Assembly (NCBI GenBank): GCA_963727585.1
Contig: CAVSHH010000003.1
Coordinates: 738,493 to 802,492, forward strand
Source: an uncultured Chloroflexia bacterium
GTDB lineage: Bacteria; Chloroflexota; Limnocylindria; Limnocylindrales; CSP1-4
DNA: 64,000 bases
Direction: 5' to 3'
The notes beneath the pieces are model-generated. The model did no database searches. It was given only the letters and a program-made list of their open reading frames with translations, and had not been told where the DNA came from. Position 1 is the stretch's first letter, and every line of letters begins with the position of its first letter. Positions 1-10,662 of the stretch are shown here, in pieces. The position numbers and the translations under genes are program-made.

Positions 1-752
1 CCCCGGCGCTGGTTCCTCCCACACGCCGCCTCGCGCCCCGGCCGGGCCGCCCCGGCTCTCCTCGCGCAGGCCGGCGCGGGAGACACCCGCTTGTCCCGCT
101 GGGAGGGTGTATGGGCGCAGCGTGCGACGAATGACTCGCTGGGCGGGCCGGTCGACACGTCGGAGGCCTCCCAGGCTGGATTTGCCCCGCTGGGCGGGCC
201 ACCTGGCTCAGCATGCGCCGGTACACCCGCTGGGCGGGACAGGGGGAACAGGCGAGCTGGGCGAGACAGAAGGGCGGCCAAAGCTGGGCAGGCCGGTGGG
301 CGGGTGAGCTGAACGAGCCGGATTGGGCGAGGCAACGGGGCGATTGGCGGGGCGCGCGGAGGCTGTGCTCACACGGTTCGTGCGTCCTCGCATTCAGTCG
401 GGCTGCTCGTCCTCTACAGCCTCTGTGGCCGCCCCGCTGTCGCCCAGGGTGTCGCCAGGCGCCAGGTCCTGGGGTTCGCGCGTGATGGCGCGCCCGCTGA
501 TCGCGCCCGCATCGGCGGCCTCCCGAAGCGCCGCTGCGCTGACGGGGTCCTGGAGTCCCGCACCGTCGTCCCGCTTGGGACCGTCGTTCCGTGTCGCACC
601 CTCGTTCCGCGCCGCACGCTCGTCCCGCTTGGGATCCTCGCCTCCTGCTGAGCCATCCTCGTGCGGCCCGGACGGGTCCCGGCGCCGATCGACGTCATCG
701 TTGCCGTGCATGGCCAGCCTCGTGCGGTCGTTGCGGTCGTGATGCGGAGCCC

Positions 753-827
753 GCATGAAGGCCCGGAGCCAGCATGAAGGCCCGGAGCCAGCATGAGGGC
801 CCGGAGCCAGCATGAAGGCCCGGACCG
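753..827. repeat. 19-bp tandem repeat (gcatgaaggcccggagcca) x about 4
   Basis: Direct reading: three near-identical adjacent 19-bp units plus a partial fourth. Confidence 0.8.
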
Positions 828-881
828 GCACGCGATGTCGCGCGACCAGGTCCGGGCCTCACAGCCCGCTGACAGCGTTGG

Positions 882-1670
882 TTACGGGATCAGGAACGTG
901 ACCTGCACGGAGATCGTGACATCCGAGGTGCCGGCCATCACGGGCGTCGAGGCGGTGTCCTCGGACATCGCGCCGGCGCCATTCGACCGCTCGTACCAGA
1001 TCGGCGTCGACGACGACTCGGACACGGACGCGACGCCCTCGATGCGGACGCCGAGCCCCGAGGCGAGCGCATCGGCCTTGGCCTTGGCGTCGGCCACCGC
1101 TGCCTCGCGGGCCTTGGCCTCGGCGGCGACCCGGTCGGCCACGTCGAAGCTGATGCCGTTGACCGAGGTGGCGCCGGCCGTGACACCGTCATCGAGGACG
1201 TCCGAGAGCTTGTCGAGGTCGCGAACGGTGACCGTGACGGTGTTGTTGAGCTGGTAGCCGCGGATCTTCGGCGCCGAGCTGTTGGGGTAGTCGTAGACCG
1301 GGTTGAGCGAGACGTCGACGGTCTTGATGTCCTTGTCGTCGATGCCCAGCGCCTTGATGGCGGCGACGACCTTGGTCATCGCCTGCGCTGCGGCCTGGCG
1401 CGCGGCCTTGGCGTTGGGCCGCTCGATCACCACGCCCAGGTCGACCGTGGCCATGTCGGGCACGACGACGACCTTGCCCGAACCCGAGACCGAGATGGTG
1501 TGCTCGGGCGGCTGATCGGTGGCGCCGTTGGTCGTGGAGACGGTGCGCGTCGCGATCGTTCCCGCGAGCACCGGCCCGGCCACCAGGCCGACCAGCAGCG
1601 CGCCGACCGCGGTGACGATCAACCAGCGCCAGGCCGGGGTGGGGGAGACGGAACTGGGGGATGCGCTCAT
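882..1670 (-). CDS. SIMPL-domain (DUF541) periplasmic protein
   Basis: 262-aa ORF with an N-terminal TM/signal segment; the rest resembles the YggE/SIMPL family (VSGSGKVVVVPDMA...VSLNPVYDY...). Coding-like composition, unlike neighbouring frames. Confidence 0.65.
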   Translation of the reverse strand: MSASPSSVSPTPAWRWLIVTAVGALLVGLVAGPVLAGTIATRTVSTTNGATDQPPEHTISVSGSGKVVVVPDMATVDLGVVIERPNAKAARQAAAQAMTKVVAAIKALGIDDKDIKTVDVSLNPVYDYPNSSAPKIRGYQLNNTVTVTVRDLDKLSDVLDDGVTAGATSVNGISFDVADRVAAEAKAREAAVADAKAKADALASGLGVRIEGVASVSESSSTPIWYERSNGAGAMSEDTASTPVMAGTSDVTISVQVTFLIP

Positions 1671-1733
1671 CGTGGTGCCTCTCGTCTGGGTCCGGCATGT
1701 TGTCGCCGGATACCGCCCTGACGCTGCAGCGGT

Positions 1734-3638
1734 GTGTTCGGTTGCCTGCCGCCCGGTGCGTGGTGCGTGGCGGCAACACGGATCCGAACAGGCGAGGCCG
1801 GTCGGCCCGGTTCAGCGGGACGGGTGGCCGGGTCCGCCCACGAGCCGCCATCGAGTAGGGTTGGGCGAGATTCGAGACGAACGGCGCGACGGAGGAGCTG
1901 GTTGGGGGATCGGGGAAGGCAGGCCGAGCTCCGCAGCGAGGAGCAGCTTCGCACCGCGCTGCCCGCGGGCGCACGCCTGTACGCGAACGTGCGCTGGCTG
2001 GCGCCGACCCGTGATGGCGGCCCCGCGCGCAACGGCGAGATCGACCTCCTGCTCCTGCTCCCGGAGATCGGCCTGCTGGTGATCGAGACCAAGAGCGGAC
2101 CGGTCCGCCGGGACGGCTTCGGACGCTGGTACGCGGGCAATCACCGCCTCGATCCGCCGCCGTTCGAGCAGGCCGAGACGTCGGGCAGGGCGATGGCCGA
2201 GAAGATCGTCGCCGATCCCCGGTGGCAGGGCGACCTGCGTGTCATCCACGCCGTCGCCTTCCCGGACACCGATCGTGACAGCCTCGCGCTGGGCGGGCGG
2301 GACCTCGGACCCGATGCCCCGATCGACCTCGTCCTCGATCGCTCCGACCTCGCCACGCAGGAGGCCGCATCCGCGGCGCTTGCCCGCGTGGTGCGCCACT
2401 GGTCCGGCGACGGCGCCCGTGACCGGACGTTGAGCGAACGCCAGGTCGCCGTGATCGCCGACGTCATCGAGCCGGAGGTGGTCCTGCGCAGCCTCCTCCG
2501 CAGCGACATCGAGGCGGGCGAGCTCGAGCTCCGTGCCCCCACCCACATGCAGCTGAGCGTGCTGCGGACGCTGCAGTCCCGGCCCCGGGCGTCGATCGTC
2601 GGGTGTGCCGGGGCGGGCAAGAGCCTGCTGGCGATCGAGAAGGCGCGACGGCTTGCCGGCGATGGCTTCGCGACCGTCCTCGCCTGCTTCAACCAGCCGC
2701 TGGCCCGCACGTTCGCCCGGACACCCGAGCTGCAGACCGCCATCGCGGACGGGCGGCTGGTGGTCGGGACGTTCCACGACCTGTGCCTGCGCCTGGCCAC
2801 CGAGGCCGGCACGCTGCCCCCGCAGCCGGCCAATCCTGGGCGCGACTGGTTCGAGAGTGCCCTGCCCGCGGCCCTCGAGCGCGCCCTGCCGCTCGTGGGC
2901 GGGCGGACGCAGGCGCTGGTGATCGACGAAGGCCAGGACTTCGACGAGCTGTGGCTGCTGCTGCTCGAGCAGCTCCTGGCGGATCCCAAGCGCGGCGTGC
3001 TGTATGCGTTCCACGATCCCGCCCAGGCCATCTACCGGCCGGACGCCGTGGGTGCGCTCGGTCTCGAGGAGTTCCCGCTCCCGGACAACTGCCGGAACTC
3101 GCGGCCGATCCATGACTTCGCCTATCGCTTCTACGACGGAGGGCTGGCGGTTGACGCGATCCGCGAGGACGGTCGCGAGGTGCTGGTGGTGGAGGCCGAG
3201 GACCCCCAGGCGGGGCTCGACGCCCTGCGCCGCGTGCTCCACGAGCTGGTGCACACGGAGCGGGTCGACCGGCGCCAGATCGCGGTGCTGACCGGCGTCT
3301 CGCTGGAGCACAGCGCGGCCTGGCGCCAGCGGCGGTTCAAGGGCGACCTGGTGCTGTGGAACGGGAGCGTCGGCGATGATGGGAGGTCGCGGGGCCTGTC
3401 GGCCGAGCAGGTGCCGGACCAGCCCGATGGGACCATCCTGTGCGAGACCATCCACCGGTTCAAGGGGCTCGACCGGGACGTGGTGGTGCTGTGCGAGCTG
3501 CGACCCGACGACACGCGGCTGGAGCGGCTGCTCTACGTTGGGGCCACACGCGCCAAGCACCACCTCGTGGTGATCGCGTCGCCCGCGCTCGCCGCGCGGT
3601 TGGGGGCCGTGAGCCGTGACCACGACGGCGAGTCGTGA
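1734..3638 (+). CDS. NERD-domain protein fused to an SF1 (UvrD-like) helicase
   Basis: N-terminal NERD motif (GEIDLLLLLPEIGLLVIETKSG). Walker A GCAGAGKS and Walker B LVIDEGQDF. C-terminal UvrD_C-like segment HRFKGLDRDVVVL. The true start may lie downstream of 1734. Confidence 0.65.
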   Translation: MFGCLPPGAWCVAATRIRTGEAGRPGSAGRVAGSAHEPPSSRVGRDSRRTARRRSWLGDRGRQAELRSEEQLRTALPAGARLYANVRWLAPTRDGGPARNGEIDLLLLLPEIGLLVIETKSGPVRRDGFGRWYAGNHRLDPPPFEQAETSGRAMAEKIVADPRWQGDLRVIHAVAFPDTDRDSLALGGRDLGPDAPIDLVLDRSDLATQEAASAALARVVRHWSGDGARDRTLSERQVAVIADVIEPEVVLRSLLRSDIEAGELELRAPTHMQLSVLRTLQSRPRASIVGCAGAGKSLLAIEKARRLAGDGFATVLACFNQPLARTFARTPELQTAIADGRLVVGTFHDLCLRLATEAGTLPPQPANPGRDWFESALPAALERALPLVGGRTQALVIDEGQDFDELWLLLLEQLLADPKRGVLYAFHDPAQAIYRPDAVGALGLEEFPLPDNCRNSRPIHDFAYRFYDGGLAVDAIREDGREVLVVEAEDPQAGLDALRRVLHELVHTERVDRRQIAVLTGVSLEHSAAWRQRRFKGDLVLWNGSVGDDGRSRGLSAEQVPDQPDGTILCETIHRFKGLDRDVVVLCELRPDDTRLERLLYVGATRAKHHLVVIASPALAARLGAVSRDHDGES

Positions 3639-3710
3639 CAACCGAGCTGGCACAGAGACGAGGGAGGATCCGGTGCAGATGAACCAGGCTGCAGCGCGAG
3701 GAGGAGTCGC

Positions 3711-4322
3711 GTGACCGAGCCCAACCTGCCGCTGCCGCCTCCGCGGGACCCGGCGTCGGGCCAGGCGCTGCCGGCTGCCACCGCGCCGCCGTTGCCGGCT
3801 GCGGCCGCGCCGCCGGTGCCGCTGCCGGCTGCCGCCGCGCCGCCGGTGCCGCTGCCGGCTGCCACCGCGCCCGGCTGGGGTGCGCCGGGCTACGGCACGC
3901 GACTCATCGCCGAGCGCAAGGCCGGGCCCGGACTGCTGCTCCGCGCGCTGTGGTTCGTCCTGGTCGGCTGGTGGCTGACCGGGATCGTGGCCACGGTCGC
4001 GTGGCTGGCGATGATCACGATCATCGGTCTGCCGCTCGGGATTTGGCTGGTGAACCGGGTCCCCACCGCGCTCACGCTCCGGCCGCGGACGAGCTACGTG
4101 TACGCGACCACGGACGCGTACGGCCGCACCACGTTCACCGAGTCGGCGATGGACCAGCCGCCGTGGTGGGCGCGTGGCCTGTGGTTCATCTTCGTGGGCT
4201 GGTGGGCCTCGGCGGTCGTGATGGGTGCGGGCTACGTGCTGTGCCTGCTGATCATCACGCTGCCCGTCGGGCTGCTCCTGTTCAACCGCGTGCCGTTCGT
4301 GGCCTCGCTGTACCGCTACTGA
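3711..4322 (+). CDS. YccF-domain (DUF307) inner-membrane protein with a Pro/Ala-rich N-terminus
   Basis: Two YccF-like repeats (LLLRALWFVLVGWWL...IIGLPLG and GLWFIFVGWWAS...LPVGL). The N-terminus carries repeated APPVPLPAA units. Confidence 0.7.
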   Translation: MTEPNLPLPPPRDPASGQALPAATAPPLPAAAAPPVPLPAAAAPPVPLPAATAPGWGAPGYGTRLIAERKAGPGLLLRALWFVLVGWWLTGIVATVAWLAMITIIGLPLGIWLVNRVPTALTLRPRTSYVYATTDAYGRTTFTESAMDQPPWWARGLWFIFVGWWASAVVMGAGYVLCLLIITLPVGLLLFNRVPFVASLYRY

Positions 4323-4335
4323 GCAGGGACCGCCG

Positions 4336-7300
4336 GTGACCCTGACCCACACCTCCGCGCCCGCCGCCCGGAGCGCGCTGACGCCCGCGCAGTGCGCCAT
4401 CGTCGAGGCGCCCGACGGGCCGGTCGTCGTCATCGCGGGTGCCGGCACGGGCAAGACGCGGGTCATCGTGGAGCGGGTGTGCTGGCTGCTCGAGACCAAG
4501 GGCGAGCGGACCGTGGCCGGGAGCCCGATCCCCGCGGAGCCCACGCCACGGCACGGCAGACCGTTCGACGGCCCGCTCGTCCCGGAGCAGCTCCTCGTCC
4601 TGACCTACAACGTCAAGGCGGCGGCGGAGCTCGGCCAGCGCATGGACGAGGCGGTGGGGCCGGCCGTCCGGGCCCGGATGACCGTGAGCAACTTCCACAG
4701 CTTCTGCCAGCGGATCCTGACCGAGAATGCCGCCGAGGCCGGCCTGCCCAGCCGCCCCGACGTCCTCGACGGCGTGGGCCAGGTGCTCCTGCTGCGCGAG
4801 GTCGTGCCCGGCCTCGACCTCCGCTACCACGGCAGCTCGCCGTGGTCGCTCGGCGGCATGGTGGGCTTCATCAACCGGGCCAAGGACGAGCTGGTCAGCC
4901 CCGACGGCTTCGACGCCTTCGTGGCCAACGAGCGGGCCATCTACGAGCGCGACTTCGGCGGCTTCGACGCGGCCGTCGAGCGCCTGGACCGGACCGCCCA
5001 CCTGGGGCCGGTGCGAGCCGTCCGGAGCGACTACGCGAGGGTTCGCGCGAACCAGCGGGCCGAGGATGCCGGCCTCCCGGTTCGCTCCTACCGGGACGAT
5101 GAGCACGAGCGGACCGCGGAGCGCGAGGCCCGGCGCAACGTCATCGGCACCGGCGGCCTCGTCGGCCGCAACCGGCTGGACGCCGACCAGCTCGACGCCA
5201 TCGACGCGCTGGCCGACACCTACGTCCGCGACGGTGCCGCCCTCGAGGTGCTGCGCCTCGGCGAGATCGGCCGCGTCTACCGCGCCTACCAGGAGACGAT
5301 CGCCACCCGGGGCCTGCTCGACTTCGGCGAGCAGATCGCCCTGGTCACGCGCCTGTTCAAGACCCGGCCCAACGTCCTGCGGCGCTGGCAGCGCCAGTTC
5401 CGCTACCTGCTGGTGGACGAGTTCCAGGATGCCAACGTCGCCCAGATCGAGCTGATCGAGCTGCTGGGCCGCACGCCGGACCGCCCCGACAACGTGATGG
5501 TCGTGGGTGACGACGACCAGTCGATCTATCGCTTCCGGGGCGCCAGCTATGCCGCGTTCGCCGAGTTCGACGCCCGCTTCGCCCGGCCGCCCGCGCACGA
5601 CCCCGGCGCCATCCCGCCCGGCCCGCCGCCCCGGCTCCACATCGAGCAGAACTTCCGCAGCGTCCGCTTCGTGCTCGACGCCGCGAACCGCCTCATCGGG
5701 AACAACGAGACCCGCTTCGCGCCGGACAAGACGCTGCGCACCGACCGGGCGGCAGGCGACCCCATCGAGCTGCTGGTGTGCGGCGGCGCCGAGGACGAGG
5801 CCGTTGCCATCGTCGATGCCGTCCGCGCCTTCCACGACGCCGGCCGGGCCTGGAACGACGTGGCCATCCTGTACCGCAAGCACAAGCACCGCGACGCCAT
5901 CGTGGACCGCCTGCGGGCCGAGGACATCCCGTTCACCATCGTGGGTGGCCTGTCGCTGTTCGAGACCCCCGAGATCCGCGACCTCGAGCAGGCCCTGCGG
6001 GCCATCGCCGATCCCGAGAACGACCCGGCCCTGGTCCGGATGATGACCGCCGGCCCGTGGCGCCTCGACGCGCTGGAGATCCTGCGCGTCAGCCGCGACG
6101 CCCGGTTCGACCGGAGCCACCTGCTCACCGCCGTCCACCGGATGGTCGAGCGCGGCGAGGCCGCCGAGGCCGTGGCCAGCCGGGACGAGCAGCAGCGCAT
6201 GGCCCCCGTCGATCCCGCGCTGCGGGCCAAGCTCCGCAGCCTGCTCGCGGCCATCGACGAGCTCAACCCGCGGACCTGGCGTGACGGCCCGCACACCATC
6301 CTCGAGCGCTATCTCGAGCTCACCGGGACCGTGCTGGACCTGCTCGCGACCGGGACCCTGGAGGCCAAGCGGGCCGTGGTGGCGATCGCGAGCTTCCTGC
6401 GCTTCACCGCGGACTGGCAGGCGGCCCACCCGGCCGGCACCCTGGCCGGCTTCATCGACTACATCGAGGCGTACAAGGACGCCGGCGGCGAGCTGCCCAC
6501 CAGCGTGGAGCTGTCCGAGGACGTCGAGGGCGTGCGCCTGATGACCCTCTACCAGGCCAAGGGCCTCGAGTTCCCGGTCGTCGTGGTGCCGGACCTGCTC
6601 GAGGGCGAGTGGCCGGTGAAGGAGCAGGGGAGCGGCTGGTTCCCGCGCGAGCTGCTGCGCGAGCAGGTGCCGGACGGCAACCTCCATCTCGACGAGGAGC
6701 GACGGCTGCTGTACGTGGCGATCACCCGCGCCCAGGAGCGGCTGGTGCTGAGCACGCACGGCGGCACTGGGGCGAAGGCCCAGAGCGTGTTCGTGGCCGA
6801 GCTGCTCGACGGGTGCGGGCCGGAGCTGACGGTCATCGACCGCACCCTGGCGGAGGGGGCGGGGGAGGCGGCCGACGGGGACGGCCACGGCACGGGCGAT
6901 GGCGCGACCCCGGGCGACGCGAGCGACGGCACCGCCGACGCGCTGGCGGCCGCCCGCCGGGTCCTGCCGCTGCCCTCGTCGCGCGAGCGCCGGCTGGCGC
7001 TGCGCCTGCGGGCGTCGGAGCTGGTGGGCCTGGTGGAGGCGACCGCCGCCGACGACCCCGAGGCGCGCGAAGCCCGGGCCGCGTTCGAGCGGCAGCTGGC
7101 CGAGGTCGGCCGGGCGGCGGCCATGAGCGCCGACGAGGCACGCGCCGCCGGTCTCGACCCGCTGACCTTCCGGACGGTCGCCCTCGACACCGTCGCCGGC
7201 GCGAGCCTGCTCGCCGTGGCTCCCGTGCCCGACCACTTCTCGTACTCGTCGCTGTCCACGTACGAGGCGTGTCCGCTGCGCTACGCGCTCGCCTACGTCT

Positions 7301-7988
7301 ACCGGATCCCGGAGCCCGCGCGGCCCGTCGGCGCGCTCGCCTTCGGGTCCACCGCGCACGCCGCGTTCGAGGCCTTCACGAGGGAGCGCCGGGAGCGGGC
7401 CGCCCGCGGCGAGGCCCCGCCCACGCGCGAGGACCTGGGGTCGCTGTTCGCCGCCCAGTGGCAGCCCGGAGGGCTTCGCCGACGCCATGCCGAGGCCGGC
7501 TACAAGCGCCGCATCGACACCATGCTCGACAGCTTCTACGCCGGCGAGCTGGCAACCGCCGGCGAGGCCCTCCGCGAGGAGGAGCCGTTCGAGCTGGTGC
7601 TGGTCCCCGACGACGGCGGCGCGCCCGTCCGTCGTCACGGGCGAGATCGACCGCATCGACCGGCTGCCCGGCGGCGGCATCGAGGTCATCGACTACAAGA
7701 CCGGCCGGGTCACCAGCCAGAAGGACGTCCAGCGAGAATCTGCAGCTGACCGTCTACGCCCTCGCCTGCCGCGACGCCCTGGGCCTGGGCACCCCCGAGC
7801 GCGTGACCCTCTACTTCACGGAGTCCGCCCAGCGGATGTCCACGTCCCGCACGGACGACCAGCTGGATGCGGCCCGGGTCGAGATCCTGGAGCGCGTGTC
7901 CCGGATCCGCGCGGGCGAGTTCACGGCGACGCCGGGGAAGGCGTGCCAGTGGTGCGCCTATCGGTCGATGTGCCCGGAGCGGGCGTGA
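4336..7988 (+). pseudogene. UvrD/Rep-type helicase with a C-terminal RecB/Cas4-like PD-(D/E)XK nuclease (AdnB/AddA-like); two apparent +1 frameshifts near 7625 and 7735
   Basis: Walker A AGAGTGKT and UvrD motifs fill the 4336-7749 frame. The conserved nuclease motifs continue in frame +1 (GEIDRIDRLPGGGIEVIDYKTG) and then frame +2 (LQLTVYALACRD...CQWCAYRSMCPE, a Cas4-like Cys cluster). Each junction looks like a single inserted base. Confidence 0.55.
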
Positions 7989-7997
7989 TGGGGACGT

Positions 7998-9428
7998 CTA
8001 GAGGTCGCCGAGGATCTCGGCGGGCAGCCTGCGTGAGAGCCGCCTGTCGTAGTCAGCATCGACGGCCTGTATGTACTCGCTAACCGATGTCCCGCGAAGG
8101 GCCGACTCGCGAGCCACCGCCTCACCAACGTGCCTGCCGTTCAGCATGAGCAACGGGAACCGATCGGATACGACTTCTCGTTGCGCCTGCTCGCTGTAGT
8201 AGCCAGTTGTAACGAATGCGCCCAGCCAGCCTCGATCAAGCCTGGCCACCGTACGAGCCAGGTCGAGGCCACTGGTCACCGGCGCGGCGCCCGCGATGCA
8301 TTTCGCCTGTCCGAGGACGACGAGCTTGAGTGCGGCAGATCCAGATCCGATATCCAGTCGGCTCACGAAGTCGATCCCCCCGTCGCCCGCCCGCTTGGTG
8401 ATCCAGCCCGGTCTGTACTGACCGCTTTGGCGAAGCACGCTGCCGGTGATCTCGGAGGCGAGGCCTTCAAACCGATGTTCCCCGACGCCCGCGTACGGTC
8501 CGATCCGCTTGTAGTGAGAAATCACCTCGCGGAGCGCATCCTCAGCAGGGGTGCCGGCGTCCGGCCGCTGGTCGCCCGGGCTCAGCGTCGCGCTCCGGGA
8601 CATCTGCTGCCGAATGCGATCCTTGACTGACGCCCCCTCGTTGACCCATCTGCGCCAGGCCGACGGAGCCAGGAGGAGGCATTCCTCCAGCGTCTTGGTC
8701 GGATCTCGCCTCGCAGAGATCCACTCCCATGCGAGACGGAGATCCTCGTGGCTAAGATCCACCAGCATGCAGTCGAACACGTAGTTGACGAATGGTCGGG
8801 CCCGTCGATCGACCTGCGTCACCAACTCCGCCCGCTCGAGCAGTCCGACTCCCAAGAAGCGCCAGTAGCCCTTCGCGTAGCCCTCGTGGACGACACTCTC
8901 AAAGAAGAGCAGAGGGGCCGCGCGAAGGCGATCGGCCCTCGTTGTGCCTTGGTGAAGCGGCAACTGCGCGAGGACAGACCGGTTGCCGACGGCGCCGAGT
9001 GGATCAGTCCCCAGATCGGCTTTGTTGTCCCCGAAGTACCGGATGTGCCCTCGCTCTGCGTCCAGCTCGTCGTGCCAAGGGGTCCAGTCAGACCCGGCGC
9101 GGTGCGGCTTGGAGGCGATGAGGATCCCCGGCCTCCGCAGACCATCGACGGCGTCCGTCTGCTTGATGGAGTCGATCCCGTGATCGAGCTGCACGCGTCC
9201 GGCGTTCGCCAACCCCGGCCACTCGGGCCATCGAGTCGCGTGGAAGATGTTCCGGACCCCATCGATGAACTCGATGTCGGGGCCCGGACTGGGCTTCATG
9301 TAGCGGTAGAGCTCGAAGACGCGCACGCTGCCTCGATTATCGGTGATCGTCGTGCAGCTGTTCCGGCTCGTCGGCAGTAGTCGCTGGCACCGGCTCGGCC
9401 TCGGTATCGAGGACGGGTTCGGGCACAC
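7998..9428 (-). CDS. Putative modification-dependent (type IV) restriction endonuclease: N-terminal DNA-binding domain plus a C-terminal Mrr-cat-like PD-(D/E)XK domain (MspJI/Mrr-like)
   Basis: C-terminal D...QAK catalytic signature (DGGIDFVSRLD...LGQAKC). The size (about 430-476 aa) and two-domain layout match the MspJI/AspBHI family. The N-terminal start is uncertain. Confidence 0.5.
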   Translation of the reverse strand: MCPNPSSIPRPSRCQRLLPTSRNSCTTITDNRGSVRVFELYRYMKPSPGPDIEFIDGVRNIFHATRWPEWPGLANAGRVQLDHGIDSIKQTDAVDGLRRPGILIASKPHRAGSDWTPWHDELDAERGHIRYFGDNKADLGTDPLGAVGNRSVLAQLPLHQGTTRADRLRAAPLLFFESVVHEGYAKGYWRFLGVGLLERAELVTQVDRRARPFVNYVFDCMLVDLSHEDLRLAWEWISARRDPTKTLEECLLLAPSAWRRWVNEGASVKDRIRQQMSRSATLSPGDQRPDAGTPAEDALREVISHYKRIGPYAGVGEHRFEGLASEITGSVLRQSGQYRPGWITKRAGDGGIDFVSRLDIGSGSAALKLVVLGQAKCIAGAAPVTSGLDLARTVARLDRGWLGAFVTTGYYSEQAQREVVSDRFPLLMLNGRHVGEAVARESALRGTSVSEYIQAVDADYDRRLSRRLPAEILGDL

Positions 9429-9595
9429 GCTGCCGCTCCAGGTTCTGGCCTCGAGGATCGACTGGCACGGGCCCCCCTGGTGAGCGAGGCGCTGCGGTCG
9501 ATGCTTCGTGCACAGACCCGCCTCTACCGATCGCCAGCGTCGGCGCGGATGTCGAGCGCCTGGTCTCGCCAGAGGCCGAATCGCCAGCCGCGGGT

Positions 9596-9997
9596 TCAGG
9601 CCGGACGGCGCCGGATCCCGGTGATGACGTCGAAGCCGCGATCGAAGGTGAGGATGTCGTCGACACCGTGGCGGCGCATCGCCGCGACGTGCAGGGCGGC
9701 CCGGGCGGACAGGCCATCGACGCGCTCCAGGAGTCGGCTCGCGGCCAGGACGAGTTCCGTGTCGACGGGGATCACCTCGTCCGCGACGGCGAGCAGGACG
9801 TCGATTGCCGGCGCGATGGCCTCCCGTCGGCCGATCGCCGCGTAGCGGTGCAGGATCTCCTGCAGAACCTCGGCATCGGTGACCAGGCGCTCCCCGTCTG
9901 CGATCGCTCGTTCGAGGGCCACTCGAGCGGCATCCTTGTTCGGATGGTCGGCGCCGACGAGGTACATCGGGATGTTCGAGTCGACGAAGACGCTCAC
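9596..9997 (-). CDS. vapC: PIN-domain ribonuclease toxin VapC
   Basis: VFVDSNIPMYL...D...AEVLQEILHRY PIN signature. Overlaps the upstream antitoxin by 4 nt. Confidence 0.75.
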   Translation of the reverse strand: MSVFVDSNIPMYLVGADHPNKDAARVALERAIADGERLVTDAEVLQEILHRYAAIGRREAIAPAIDVLLAVADEVIPVDTELVLAASRLLERVDGLSARAALHVAAMRRHGVDDILTFDRGFDVITGIRRRPA

Positions 9998-10248
9998 CCC
10001 CCGGGGTCCGTGTAGCCCCGCTCGATGTCGGTCAGCATCGTTTCGATGTCCGCGGTCGGGAAGGCGTGCGTGGCTGCCCGGCGGACGGCCGCGAGCTTGT
10101 CCACGGTGGACGGTTCGAGCTCCGCGCGCTGGGCCCGGCGCAGCGTTTGGCGGACCCACTCGGCCGTGGTGAGTTGGTGACGGCGAGCGAGCTGCTGGAT
10201 GTCGCGCAGTTCCGTGTCGGGCAGGAGCACCTGCAGTCGCTTGGTCAT
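9994..10248 (-). CDS. vapB: Ribbon-helix-helix antitoxin (VapB-like)
   Basis: Small (about 85 aa) ORF reading MTKRLQVLLPDTELRDIQQLARRH..., coupled by ATGA to the PIN toxin. Confidence 0.65.
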   Translation of the reverse strand: MTKRLQVLLPDTELRDIQQLARRHQLTTAEWVRQTLRRAQRAELEPSTVDKLAAVRRAATHAFPTADIETMLTDIERGYTDPGG

Positions 10249-10365
10249 TGTGATGATGCTAGGTGACTCATCAGCATGAGTCAAGCCTGCCACGGCGCTC
10301 GCTCAATCCGTGGCGGGGTCATGAAGCCAGACCGCGCCATTACGTCGGCGATGTATGATGGATGC

Positions 10366-10662
10366 CCCATGGAACGAACGAACATCTACCTCGATGAACG
10401 GGAGCTGGCGGGCCTCCGCGCCGTCAGCCGGAGCACCGGACGGCCGGTGGCCGTGCTCGTGCGGGAGGCAGTGGATGCCTGGCTGGAGCAGCATGGGGTC
10501 GTCGAGATCGCGCAGGACGAGTGGAGTCGGCGGTTCGCGGCGCTGCTGGATCGTCGAGACGGGATCGCGGCGGCGGAGGGGTGGTCGCCTGACGCGGTGG
10601 ACGCGGACGTCCTCGCGGCGGTGGCCGAGGTGAGGAGCTCGCGCGCTGCGCGCCGTCGTTGA
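10366..10662 (+). CDS. CopG/RHH-family antitoxin
   Basis: MERTNIYLDERELAGLRAVSRSTGRPVAVLVREAVDAWL RHH fold. Lies immediately upstream of a PIN protein. Confidence 0.6.
   Translation, partial: PMERTNIYLDERELAGLRAVSRSTGRPVAVLVREAVDAWLEQHGVVEIAQDEWSRRFAALLDRRDGIAAAEGWSPDAVDADVLAAVAEVRSSRAARRR

Noticed and set aside
394-831. 145-aa minus-strand ORF downstream of the SIMPL gene
   Set aside because: Its sequence is built from the tandem and degenerate DNA repeats (RAFMLAPGPHAGSGP / RAFMRAPHH; KRDERAARNEG / TRNDGPKRDDG), with no domain. Kept only as part of the repeat-region finding.
1189-1974. 261-aa minus-strand ORF bridging the SIMPL and NERD-helicase genes
   Set aside because: Overlaps two better-supported genes on both strands and is Arg/Gly/His-rich.
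4282-7689. 1135-aa antisense ORF opposite the helicase-nuclease, and a similar 910-aa ORF at 1812-4544
   Set aside because: Typical high-GC antisense shadow ORFs with extreme Arg/Gly/Pro/Ala content and no motifs. The sense strand carries unmistakable helicase motifs.
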